Below, piece after piece: positions 8,974 through 17,977 of a stretch of 38,081 bases of DNA. The DNA lies in contig JBFMHD010000003.1 in NCBI GenBank assembly GCA_040752395.1, positions 1-38,081 on the forward strand. Reading direction: 5' to 3'. This DNA comes from Candidatus Hydrogenedentota bacterium (GTDB lineage: Bacteria > JBFMHD01). The notes beneath the pieces are model-generated. The model worked only from the letters and a program-made list of their open reading frames with translations. It did not search any database and was not told where the DNA came from. Made by a program: the position numbers and the translations under genes. How positions within the stretch are numbered: position 1 is the stretch's first letter; every line of letters begins with the position of its first letter.

Positions 8974-8993
8974 TGGATAATCCTCCAAGCTTT

Positions 8994-9668
8994 TTATATA
9001 CAACAATCTTCGACCCCTACTTCTTTGACAATATTAAAAGCTTTATCAATAAATTCCTCTCGCTTAATATTAAGCAGGTCTTTCACACAGGTAAAACGCT
9101 CTCGATTATAATCGCTCCCGTATACCTTAATATATAGATCTTCTGGTATAGAATATAAAATAGACCCATGCTGTAAAGAACCGAACCTGGTTCTATATTG
9201 AGCACTGCCCATTATCTTTTTACCGTTAACCGCTATCTCATTGTATGAAATAGAATCAAAACAATGCCTTCCTTTACCTTTTTTCTGTTTACCACAAATT
9301 TTAGCCTTTATTCCAAGGTTAAAAAAAATTCTTAAAAATATCCTGTGGATAGCTTCAGTTAGCCCCAAGATAGTTGTATCTTGCGGATAAAATTTTGTGG
9401 GGATTGCCAGACAATAGCTTATATCATCAGTATGTAAAACACTCCTGCCACCTGTCGGCCGTCTCACTATATCAATACCATTTATGGTCTTCTGCCACTT
9501 TTCAAATTTACCAATCGATAAAGTAGGCTTAATCCAGGTATAAAGCCGAAATATGATTTTATTTATTTTTATCGCGTGCTCAAACATCTGTAAATCCTTT
9601 TGCATATTACAAAAGCCAGTATCAGAACAATCTTTTGTTAAAATTAGATTATTATTTATAATTTCCAT
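8994..9668 (-). CDS. Lipoate-protein ligase A/octanoyltransferase (LplA/LipM family)
   Basis: RLYTW..PTLSIG, RRPTGGRSVLH, KKIMGSAQ, LQHGSI. Confidence 0.88.
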   Translation of the reverse strand: MEIINNNLILTKDCSDTGFCNMQKDLQMFEHAIKINKIIFRLYTWIKPTLSIGKFEKWQKTINGIDIVRRPTGGRSVLHTDDISYCLAIPTKFYPQDTTILGLTEAIHRIFLRIFFNLGIKAKICGKQKKGKGRHCFDSISYNEIAVNGKKIMGSAQYRTRFGSLQHGSILYSIPEDLYIKVYGSDYNRERFTCVKDLLNIKREEFIDKAFNIVKEVGVEDCCI

Positions 9669-9705
9669 ATCTTTGCTAGTGTTTCATAAGTTCGATGTTC
9701 GGTTC

Positions 9706-9738
9706 ACCAATAACCGAATATCTTGCTTCTTGCTTCTA
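9706..9738. repeat. Inverted copy of module A variant
   Basis: 31/33 match to the reverse complement of 7822-7854. Confidence 0.8.
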
Positions 9739-9744
9739 ATTTCA

Positions 9745-11121
9745 TTAACCTGTTTTTAAAAAGAATTTCCAGTTTGTTTCAAAAGTATCAAGGTCAATAA
9801 AATATATCTTTTTAAATGCTTCCCCAAATGTGTCACCCTGATGTATCGTGTCAAGTAGCCTTATAAATGAATATTCACCATAGGTTTTACTCAAATAGTA
9901 TGCTACAGAATATGATTCTTTATAAGCTTGAGCTGCCTTTTTCGCATCTTCAAATTTAACAAAAGTCGTGTTGAGGGTCTTTAATGGCAACCAATCAGGT
10001 GTATCAATAGTCAAAGCAAGCTCTTTTCTATATTCATCAGACCAGGTTCTGCTCGGCTCAAAATACTGCGCAAGCCCTTCATTCATCCATACCGTTATCT
10101 CGTTTCCCACCCTTTCATGAATAAGTGCGTGAACATATTCGTGATAAAGAATATCTTTTAGCTGTTTTTGATTTCCTGATATATCACCCTCTTTAACACG
10201 AATCTTACCATCATATAAACCACCGGACCAATCAGGTACCCCGGAGACTGTTTTATATTTTTCGCCGGTATAAATAATAACAGTGAGTTTTTTTGCAGAC
10301 CAGAACCCTATCTTGTTCCTTAATAAATAATATGCTTCATCAAGAATATTTAACACCTGCCAGGCTAAATCAGACCGCTCAATGCCTTCATACTTAACTG
10401 TAAACCGAACCCGTTTGGTCTTTTTATAATTTTTTTCCTGGCTATACTCCTTTTTAGCTTTCTCATATTTATATCTAATCATATCGTTATCCGGGTCATA
10501 TTTCAAAGTCTCTCCATAATACTTTATAGCATTTTCCAGGTCATCCTCATCATAGTATATGTTTCCGAGGCCGGATAAAGCAGTAACAGAATCAGGTTTG
10601 TATTTTAATACGTTTAATAAAGCATTCTTTCTTAGGTCACCATCAACACTGAAGGCATAATTCAGCGTAAGATTAACATAATTGTCTTTCAATGTTTTAT
10701 TAGAAGGATCGTACTCTATAGCTTTATAAGCATAGGAGATAGCGTCATTAAGTTTGCCTTTGGAAGCTATATAAACAGCATAATTACCATAAAGGATCGC
10801 TAAAGTTTTTGATACTTCTTTATTATTCTTAAGTTTGCGGGCTCTTTTAGCCCATTTCAATGCATCATTAAACTTCTTTTTCTCTATTAAATAACTTGCA
10901 AGACTTAAATAACTCTTGAATAAATTTTCTTTAATAATCTCTTCATCTGGTTTTAAGCGATACGCCTTTTCAAAACACTTAACCGCCTCATTCCAATCTC
11001 CCTTTTGTGTTGCCTGGACACCTTTCTCATTCCAGTAAGAAGCAGATTCCTCACCCAAAAGAACAACATTGAAGATAAATACTACTAAAATTATACTGTA
11101 TAGAAAATATCTTATCATCAT
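9745..11121 (-). CDS. Exported TPR-repeat protein with C-terminal peptidase MA-like (gluzincin) domain
   Basis: Signal peptide; TPR repeats; HEYVH...WMNEGLA zinc motif. Confidence 0.85.
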   Translation of the reverse strand: MMIRYFLYSIILVVFIFNVVLLGEESASYWNEKGVQATQKGDWNEAVKCFEKAYRLKPDEEIIKENLFKSYLSLASYLIEKKKFNDALKWAKRARKLKNNKEVSKTLAILYGNYAVYIASKGKLNDAISYAYKAIEYDPSNKTLKDNYVNLTLNYAFSVDGDLRKNALLNVLKYKPDSVTALSGLGNIYYDEDDLENAIKYYGETLKYDPDNDMIRYKYEKAKKEYSQEKNYKKTKRVRFTVKYEGIERSDLAWQVLNILDEAYYLLRNKIGFWSAKKLTVIIYTGEKYKTVSGVPDWSGGLYDGKIRVKEGDISGNQKQLKDILYHEYVHALIHERVGNEITVWMNEGLAQYFEPSRTWSDEYRKELALTIDTPDWLPLKTLNTTFVKFEDAKKAAQAYKESYSVAYYLSKTYGEYSFIRLLDTIHQGDTFGEAFKKIYFIDLDTFETNWKFFLKTG

Positions 11122-11138
11122 ATCAGATCCTATGAAAG

Positions 11139-11331
11139 AAGTTAAAAGTAAAAAAATATCTCTTCGGGCTACAGGCTAGAGGCTACGGACTACAGCTGGC
11201 TGGAGCCAAAAGCCCAAAGCCTGCTGAAAAGTCTTGAGTCTTTGAGTCTCGAGTCCTGTTTTGACTCACGACTCTTTTCATATCATCTTTAGTTTTTCAT
11301 GCTTTCAACATTTTTATCTTCTGTCTCCTCT
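11139..11331. repeat. Composite element (modules D-B-I)
   Basis: ggctacaggctag..ggctacggactacag..aaagtcttgagtc..gactcacgactc..catctttagtttttcat. Confidence 0.9.
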
Positions 11332-11332
11332 C

Positions 11333-12616
11333 TTATATCATATCTTCAAAGATTTCTGCAAGACTTGGATGCAATGAAATATATTTATTCCTTTTTAATA
11401 TAGCTGCGGGTATATGTATCAACTCAGTTGCATTATATGAGACAATGGCTACGCCGAGGATATCTCCTTGTTTACTTTTTATTACCTTTAACATACCCTC
11501 GGTCTCATCCTCACAATGACTTCTTGAGATAGTCCTGAAAAACCTTTTTGTAACAATATAATCTCTTCCTTCTTTCTTGCAAGTCTCTTCTTGTAACCCG
11601 AAATAAGCTATCTCAGGAAAAGTATAAATCCCATCAATTAAAATATGGCTCTTGATTTTATCATTCTTACCAGCGATAAAACCTGCTATTTCTCTTCCTT
11701 CAAAGATTGCTCTTGCTGCGGTCATAGGTCCATTTGCAGCATCACCGATGATATACACATTTTTATACTTAAAAGCCCTATAATTTGAATCTCTATCAAT
11801 CTCTGTGTTCTTTTTTCTACCTGTTGAAAATAATATCGTATCTGATATTATGCTGCACTCTTTTTTATCATCTGTAGAACAGGATGATGCCGAAATCTTA
11901 AAATAACCATTATACGCGATATTATCAATCTCTGTTTTTTCATACAAAATTATGCCGTTCTTTATCATCTTGCGCCTGATAATATTTACAATATCAGAAT
12001 CAATACCAGGTAATATACTTTTACAACTCTCAATAAGCTGAACCTTTACGCCAAAAGCATTAAATATAAAAGCGAGCTCACAACCAGCTGCTCCGGCACC
12101 AATGATTGAGATACTTGAAGGAAGCTCTCTCATCTGAAAAATAGTTTCTGAATTATATACAGATGGATTATTTTTTAAACCTTCAAACTTAAAAGGAATA
12201 AGAGGTGTGCTACCTGTACCAAGTATTATAGTATCACACTCTAATATTTGATCATTTACTCTAACACTCCTGTCATCTATAATTTCACCCTTGCCATAAA
12301 TTATTTCAACTCCTTCTATTTTTTTTAATAATCCCTTTTTATTTATCTCTATAACTTCTTTTACTCTATCAAGCGATTTCTTGTAATCTATATTTTTTAG
12401 TTCTAATTGTATCCCAAATTTATCGCTTTTTTTAATATTAAATAAAATTTCAGCTGTCTTTCTTAAGGTTTTGGTAGGGATACACCCCCTGTTTAAACAT
12501 ACACCGCCTATTTCATTCTTTTCAATAATAGCAACTTTATAGCCATATCTTATCAAATAAGCCGCTGCTGTACATCCTGCTGCTCCTCCACCGATTATAA
12601 CAATATCATGACCCAT
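11333..12616 (-). CDS. lpdA: Dihydrolipoyl dehydrogenase (glycine cleavage L protein), somewhat shortened
   Basis: GGGAAG FAD motif, GGVCLNRGCIPTK redox disulfide, GAGAAG.E, HPSLAE. Confidence 0.85.
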   Translation of the reverse strand: MGHDIVIIGGGAAGCTAAAYLIRYGYKVAIIEKNEIGGVCLNRGCIPTKTLRKTAEILFNIKKSDKFGIQLELKNIDYKKSLDRVKEVIEINKKGLLKKIEGVEIIYGKGEIIDDRSVRVNDQILECDTIILGTGSTPLIPFKFEGLKNNPSVYNSETIFQMRELPSSISIIGAGAAGCELAFIFNAFGVKVQLIESCKSILPGIDSDIVNIIRRKMIKNGIILYEKTEIDNIAYNGYFKISASSCSTDDKKECSIISDTILFSTGRKKNTEIDRDSNYRAFKYKNVYIIGDAANGPMTAARAIFEGREIAGFIAGKNDKIKSHILIDGIYTFPEIAYFGLQEETCKKEGRDYIVTKRFFRTISRSHCEDETEGMLKVIKSKQGDILGVAIVSYNATELIHIPAAILKRNKYISLHPSLAEIFEDMI

Positions 12617-12633
12617 AGTTTTTTATCATCTTC

Positions 12634-12848
12634 CTTCGAAAAAGTTCGAAGTTCGGAGCTCGTATCTATTATTACGAACTCCTAACTTCTAACTCCTATG
12701 ACAAGTTAAAAGTAAAAAGTCAAAAGTTAAAAGTAAAGAAAGCGAAAATATACACTTCCTTGCCGTATCTTTCAATTTTTTAATCTTTCAATCTTTGTGC
12801 CTTTGTGCCTTTGTGCCTCTGTGCCTTTCCATTCTGTCTCCTGTCTTC
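12634..12848. repeat. Composite element of 7/8-mer arrays (GAAGTTC/CTAACTT, AAAAGTT, CTTTGTGC x4, TCTCCTG)
   Basis: Visible tandem degenerate repeats shared with 4336, 7779, 11139, 16776 and 33551. Confidence 0.85.
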
Positions 12849-14284
12849 TAAGTGGGTTTTGGGGAGAGCTCTTTATTCCATCTAAGAACAGGGTTTCGGG
12901 CTGCAAAAACTTCATCGACACGACGAACAGGGGTATTATGTGGTGCTTTTTTAATTAAGTCAGGATTAGTCTCTACTTCATTCATTATCTGTTCAAAACT
13001 CTTTGCAAATTCATCAAGCGTTTCTTTGGTCTCTGATTCAGTTGGTTCAAACATCATTGCTTCAGGAACTATTAAAGGGAAATAGATTGTAGGTGCATAA
13101 AACCCGAAATCAAGTAGACGTTTAGCTACATCAAGTGTTTTTACGCCTTTTTCTTTTAATCTCTCTCCACTTAAGACAAATTCATGCATACATTCTCTAT
13201 CAATTGCTGGCGGTAGCAGATTCTTTAATTTTTCTAATAAATAATTGGCATTTGTAACAGCTTTAAAAGAGGCTTCTTTTAATCCCTCTTCTCCAACACT
13301 TCTTATATAACAAAAAGCCTTAACTATAACACCGATGGGTCCATTAAAAGCACTAATATTACCTATAGTTTCAGGACTACAAATTTTATGATACTTATTA
13401 TCTTTAAATATCACTCTTTGACCCGGGAGATATTTTACTAAAAAATCTTTACAGCCACAGGGTCCTGCTCCTGGTCCGCCACCACCGTGCGGTGTGCCGA
13501 AGGTTTTATGTAGATTTAAATGCACAACATCAAACCCCATATCACCCGGCCTCGCATACCCAATAATAGCATTAAAATTAGCACCATCATAATATAAAAG
13601 ACCACCGCTACTATGTACTAACTCAGTTATCTCTAATATATGCTCATCAAATAAACCTAAGGTATTAGGATTTGTTATCATTAACCCTGCAACATTATCA
13701 TTTAATTTACTTTTTAAATCCTCTAAATCAATATTACCACTCCTGTCACTCTTTACAGTAGCAAGTTCAAATGAGGCGAGCGCTGCTGATGCAGGATTAG
13801 TTCCATGAGAGGAATCCGGGATTAGAATAATTTTTCTTTTCTCTTTTTTGTCTTTAAAATATTTAGCAAATATTAACATACCGGTTAATTCGCCCTGGGC
13901 ACCTGCTGAAGGCTGAAAACTAAAGCCATCCATACCTGTAAGCTCGCATAAATATTTATCCATTAAATATAAAATCTCAAGCACTCCCTGAGCATCGTCA
14001 TCAGAAGCTGACGGATGTAAGGAGGTGAGTTTCTCCTTTTTTGCAATTTTTTCACTTATTTTGGGGTTGTATTTCATTGTGCAGGAGCCAAGTGGATAAA
14101 AATTCGTATCAACGCAATAATTTAGTTGCGAAAGATTTGTATAATGTTTTACGAACTCGCGTTCAGTAATATCCGGTATATTAATATCATCTGTTCTAAT
14201 AAATTCTTTACCGAAATAATCTTTGATATTAGTTAAATCAATCGGCTCTCTTTTATCTTGAACCAGCTCAAATATTGTTTTCAT
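12848..14284 (-). CDS. gcvPB: Glycine dehydrogenase (decarboxylating) subunit 2
   Basis: YPLGSCTMKYNP, SHGTNPASA, HLNLHKTF.TPHGGGGPG (PLP lysine), EPTESE. Confidence 0.95.
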   Translation of the reverse strand: MKTIFELVQDKREPIDLTNIKDYFGKEFIRTDDINIPDITEREFVKHYTNLSQLNYCVDTNFYPLGSCTMKYNPKISEKIAKKEKLTSLHPSASDDDAQGVLEILYLMDKYLCELTGMDGFSFQPSAGAQGELTGMLIFAKYFKDKKEKRKIILIPDSSHGTNPASAALASFELATVKSDRSGNIDLEDLKSKLNDNVAGLMITNPNTLGLFDEHILEITELVHSSGGLLYYDGANFNAIIGYARPGDMGFDVVHLNLHKTFGTPHGGGGPGAGPCGCKDFLVKYLPGQRVIFKDNKYHKICSPETIGNISAFNGPIGVIVKAFCYIRSVGEEGLKEASFKAVTNANYLLEKLKNLLPPAIDRECMHEFVLSGERLKEKGVKTLDVAKRLLDFGFYAPTIYFPLIVPEAMMFEPTESETKETLDEFAKSFEQIMNEVETNPDLIKKAPHNTPVRRVDEVFAARNPVLRWNKELSPKPT

Positions 14285-15531
14285 AAAGTTTCCTTTAATA
14301 TTCTATGATATTTTCTGCAATCTTCCTCAGTTATTTTTTCAGTCACAGCCACAAGTAAAGAATCTTTATATCCATCAAGCATAAAGCCCGGACTTATCCC
14401 TTCATTTTTCATCTTTGTAATAACTTTATCCAGATCTCTTTTACAATCAAAAGTTATCACAAATTCATTAAAAAATTTATCATGATACAATTTTATTTTG
14501 TTTATGGTTTTGAGCAATCCATATAAATAATGAGCTCTTTTAAAATTGGTTACAGCGAGCTCTTTTAATCCTGTTTTGCCAAGATATGTAATATACATTA
14601 AAAACCCGATGGCATTGAGCGCTTGATTAGTGCAAATATTTGAGGTGGCTTTTTCACGTTTTATATGCTGCTCCCTTGTCTGCAGTGTAAGAGTAAAGGC
14701 TCTGTTATCATTAGCATCTTTTGTTAAACCAACAAGTCTGCCAGGAAGCTCTCTTAGATAATCAATTTTACACGCAAAAATACCAAGTCCAGGCCCTCCA
14801 TAAGATAATGGAATACCGCAACCTAACCCCTCACAAATAGCAATATCTGCACCATAATCTGATGGCTTCTTCAGTATCACTGAAGATAGCGGTTCAAATA
14901 TATAGATAATCTTTATATCATTTTTTTCATTCTGTATCTTAAGTAATATATCAAGATCGCATACCCGACCTAAAAAATCGGGCTGCTGGACTATTATGCA
15001 AAGAGTATCATCTTTTAAACTTTCATTTGATAATTCATCATCACTCTCAACAATAATCCACTCAATCTGCCTTGATTGGGTATAGGTTCTGGCTACATTT
15101 AGAAAAAAAGGATTTATCTCTTTTTTAATTATGATTCTATTGTTTGGGTAATATTTTCTAAATAAAAGAAGTATAGCTTCAGAAAGCGCTGACCCGCCAT
15201 CATAGAGTGAAGCATTTGAAACGGCAAGCCCTGTTAGCTCGCAAACCACACTCTGATATTCAAATAAAGCCTGTAATATACCCTGTGATACCTCAGCTTG
15301 ATAAGGTGTATATGGGGTAACAAATTCGCTTCTTGATAAAAGATACTCGCAGGCAGCTGGTATATAATGATCATATACACCTGCTCCAATAAAATTTTTA
15401 TATACTTTATTATTATTAAAAATCTTATTCGACAACATATCGAGATCTATCTCGCTTAATGGTTTTCCGATATCCTTGATCTCTGCCTTTTTACGGATTT
15501 CTTCAGGTATAACGTTAAAAAAATCTTTCAT
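14281..15531 (-). CDS. gcvPA: Glycine dehydrogenase (decarboxylating) subunit 1
   Basis: FIGAGVYDHYIP, YTPYQAEVSQG.LQA.FEYQ, TREQHI.REKATSNICTNQ. Confidence 0.94.
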   Translation of the reverse strand: MKDFFNVIPEEIRKKAEIKDIGKPLSEIDLDMLSNKIFNNNKVYKNFIGAGVYDHYIPAACEYLLSRSEFVTPYTPYQAEVSQGILQALFEYQSVVCELTGLAVSNASLYDGGSALSEAILLLFRKYYPNNRIIIKKEINPFFLNVARTYTQSRQIEWIIVESDDELSNESLKDDTLCIIVQQPDFLGRVCDLDILLKIQNEKNDIKIIYIFEPLSSVILKKPSDYGADIAICEGLGCGIPLSYGGPGLGIFACKIDYLRELPGRLVGLTKDANDNRAFTLTLQTREQHIKREKATSNICTNQALNAIGFLMYITYLGKTGLKELAVTNFKRAHYLYGLLKTINKIKLYHDKFFNEFVITFDCKRDLDKVITKMKNEGISPGFMLDGYKDSLLVAVTEKITEEDCRKYHRILKETL

Positions 15532-15905
15532 TCTATTAGTTCTCTGTATTTTGAGGGTGTAAGTAAATCGTTTATTTCATCAATATTGCTCAATTTAATT
15601 TTAAATAGCCATCCGTCGTTGTATGGGTTTTTATTCACGGTTTCAGGAGTAACTTTAACCTTCTCGTTAATCTCAATAACTTCGCCTGTTACAGGTGAAT
15701 AGATATCCGATGCGCTCTTTACACTCTCAACAACACATACAGTCTCTCCTTTTTTTATCTTTTTACCTATAACAGGTAACTCAAAATAAACTATATCGCC
15801 GAGCTGGTCCTGAGCATAATCAGTAATGCCAACAATTCCAATATCTCCTTCAATCTTAATCCATTCGTGTTCTTCTGTGTATTTTAAATCTTCAGGTATT
15901 AACAT
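15528..15905 (-). CDS. gcvH: Glycine cleavage system H protein
   Basis: YTEEHEW, GITDYAQDQLGD, VESVKSASD lipoyl-lysine, PYNDGW. Confidence 0.96.
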   Translation of the reverse strand: MLIPEDLKYTEEHEWIKIEGDIGIVGITDYAQDQLGDIVYFELPVIGKKIKKGETVCVVESVKSASDIYSPVTGEVIEINEKVKVTPETVNKNPYNDGWLFKIKLSNIDEINDLLTPSKYRELIE

Positions 15906-15912
15906 ATACTAT

Positions 15913-16240
15913 CTCCTCTGAAAAACGTTGTAACTCTAATAATATCAAGTAGAAGCAAGAAGCAAGATAACGCGAGAACGCAAAAACGCAATAACCCAAT
16001 AACCCAAGAACACAATAACACAATAGTGTAGAGCGCAACCCGCGCTCATGTTGACTCCTCTGAAAAAAGTAAGAAGTAAGAAGTGAGAAGTATGAGGACA
16101 GGCTACAGACTACGGGCTATGGACTACAGCCGGCTGGAGACAAAAGCCCAAAAGTCTGCTGAAAAGTCTTGAGTCTCGAGTCCTGTTTTGACTCACGACT
16201 TGCGACTTTTGACTCTTTTCATATCATCTTTAGTTTTTCA
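15913..16240. repeat. Composite element (modules A-C-A'-B)
   Basis: Same modules as 5000-5342 in a different order. Confidence 0.92.
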
Positions 16241-16687
16241 TATTAATTTTTTAGAGTCAAGAATGATAGTAACTGGTCCATCGTTCTTTATTTCAACGAG
16301 CATCTTTGCACCGAATCTGCCTGTCTGAACTTTAAGCCCCAAACCCTTTATCTTCTCAACATATTTATTATACCATATCTCGCCTTCAAGTGGCGGTGCT
16401 GCATCATCAAAACTCGGTCTTCTGCCTCTTCTACAATCAGCAAGGAGTGTAAATTGACTAACTATAAGAATCTCTCCCTTTATGTCAAGGAGAGATAGAT
16501 TCATTTTACCCTCATTATCTTCAAATATCCTTAAATTAATCGTTTTATCAACAAGATAATTTAAATCATTCTCTGTATCGTTCTTTTCCGCGGCAAAAAG
16601 CACAACCATACCCGCAGATATCTCTCCCACGGTATCGCGATGGATTATTACTTTTGCCTCTTTAACTCGCTGTATCACTATTCGCAT
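16238..16687 (-). CDS. dtd: D-aminoacyl-tRNA deacylase
   Basis: MRIVIQRV, SQFTL, GRRPSF, NDGPVT. Confidence 0.96.
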   Translation of the reverse strand: MRIVIQRVKEAKVIIHRDTVGEISAGMVVLFAAEKNDTENDLNYLVDKTINLRIFEDNEGKMNLSLLDIKGEILIVSQFTLLADCRRGRRPSFDDAAPPLEGEIWYNKYVEKIKGLGLKVQTGRFGAKMLVEIKNDGPVTIILDSKKLI

Positions 16688-16702
16688 TGTCGTTTTGCTC
16701 CA

Positions 16703-16828
16703 TTGTAAATTGTAGATTGCAAATTGCTTTATTTAGAAGCGAGATAACGGAAGAAGTGAGAGGTATCGGGACGGGCTTTGTGCCTCTGGCTGCCTGCCGC
16801 GGTGGAGCGCGGCGCGGGCAGGTACCTT
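16703..16828. repeat. Partial composite element plus GC-rich CCTGCC...GGCAGG hairpin
   Basis: gaagcgagataacggaagaagtgagaggtatcgggac matches 33394-33429; hairpin 16793-16822. Confidence 0.8.
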
Positions 16829-17977
16829 TCAATCATTGATAACAATTCTCGGTATCAAGGGGTTGAGTCTTGACACAACCTCATAATTAATTGTTCCCGT
16901 CATTCTGGCGATGTCATCTGCTGTAATAGATTCATCAGCTGATCTTCCAATAAGTATAACCTCGTCTTCAACAGAGACACCAAAAATATCAGTTACATCA
17001 ACTATGGTAATATTCATACAAACTCTGCCGCATACCGGTGCCCGTTTTCCGCGAATTATTACAAAGCCCTGATTAGAAAGTTTCCTATCATAACCATCAT
17101 AATAACCGATGGGTAAAATCGCAAGTTTAGTTTTATTAGTTGTTTTGTAAGTGCATCCATAACCGACGTATTTACCATGCGATACATTTTTAAGCTGAAC
17201 TATTTTAGTTTTCCAGGATAGAACAGGCTTCAGTTCAACTATATTTTTGTGTTTTAGAAGGCAGCTAAGATAAGTCTCTTTTGATGGCCAGAGACCATAT
17301 AAAGAGATACCAAGTCTTATAAAATTATAATGCGTATCAGGGAATAACAGTCCTGCGGCACTGCAGGCGATGTGTTTACAGTGGATATCTATTTTATTTT
17401 TCTTAAAGAGTTTTAAAAATTTTTTATATTCATTCTTTTGTTTAAAAGCGTAGGTATGATTTGTTGTATCTTCGATATTTGCGAAATGAGTGCTTAATCC
17501 TTCAAGTCTGACAAAACGGCTCTTTTTAAAAAATTCTAAAAACCCAGCTATCTCATTAAAATCCACGCCCTGTCTATTGGTACCTGTTTCTACTTTAAGG
17601 TGAACTTTGATAATTTTATTTTTTTTTGCACCTGTATCTTCAAGAAACTTGAGGGTATCTATTCTGAATACAGTTGGTTCAAGATTATATTCAAAAAGAA
17701 AATGAAGCTCAGAATTAAGCAGACCACCAAGTAGTATTATTCGGTTACCGCACAATTTTCTTACTTCTATTCCTTCTTCTAAAGAATTAACCCCAAACCC
17801 GAAAATATCCTCCCCCTTTAATATAGTAACTACTTTTTCTAAGCTATGTCCATAAGCATTAGCTTTTACGACAGGCAAAATCCCTGTATTTTTTTTCAAT
17901 ACTTTTTTAATACATTTTAGATTCCATAAAAGATTTTTTCTATCAATCTCTATAAAATTAAGGTAGTTATTCTTCAT
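16829..17977 (-). CDS. alr: Alanine racemase
   Basis: VVKANAYGH (PLP Lys), HLKVETG.NRQG, VGYG, GRVCM, GTINYE. Confidence 0.96.
   Translation of the reverse strand: MKNNYLNFIEIDRKNLLWNLKCIKKVLKKNTGILPVVKANAYGHSLEKVVTILKGEDIFGFGVNSLEEGIEVRKLCGNRIILLGGLLNSELHFLFEYNLEPTVFRIDTLKFLEDTGAKKNKIIKVHLKVETGTNRQGVDFNEIAGFLEFFKKSRFVRLEGLSTHFANIEDTTNHTYAFKQKNEYKKFLKLFKKNKIDIHCKHIACSAAGLLFPDTHYNFIRLGISLYGLWPSKETYLSCLLKHKNIVELKPVLSWKTKIVQLKNVSHGKYVGYGCTYKTTNKTKLAILPIGYYDGYDRKLSNQGFVIIRGKRAPVCGRVCMNITIVDVTDIFGVSVEDEVILIGRSADESITADDIARMTGTINYEVVSRLNPLIPRIVIND

Noticed and set aside
4572-9000. Integrative element with attL/attR at tRNA-Ser
   Set aside because: No integrase, and no duplicate of the tRNA 3' end found by eye.
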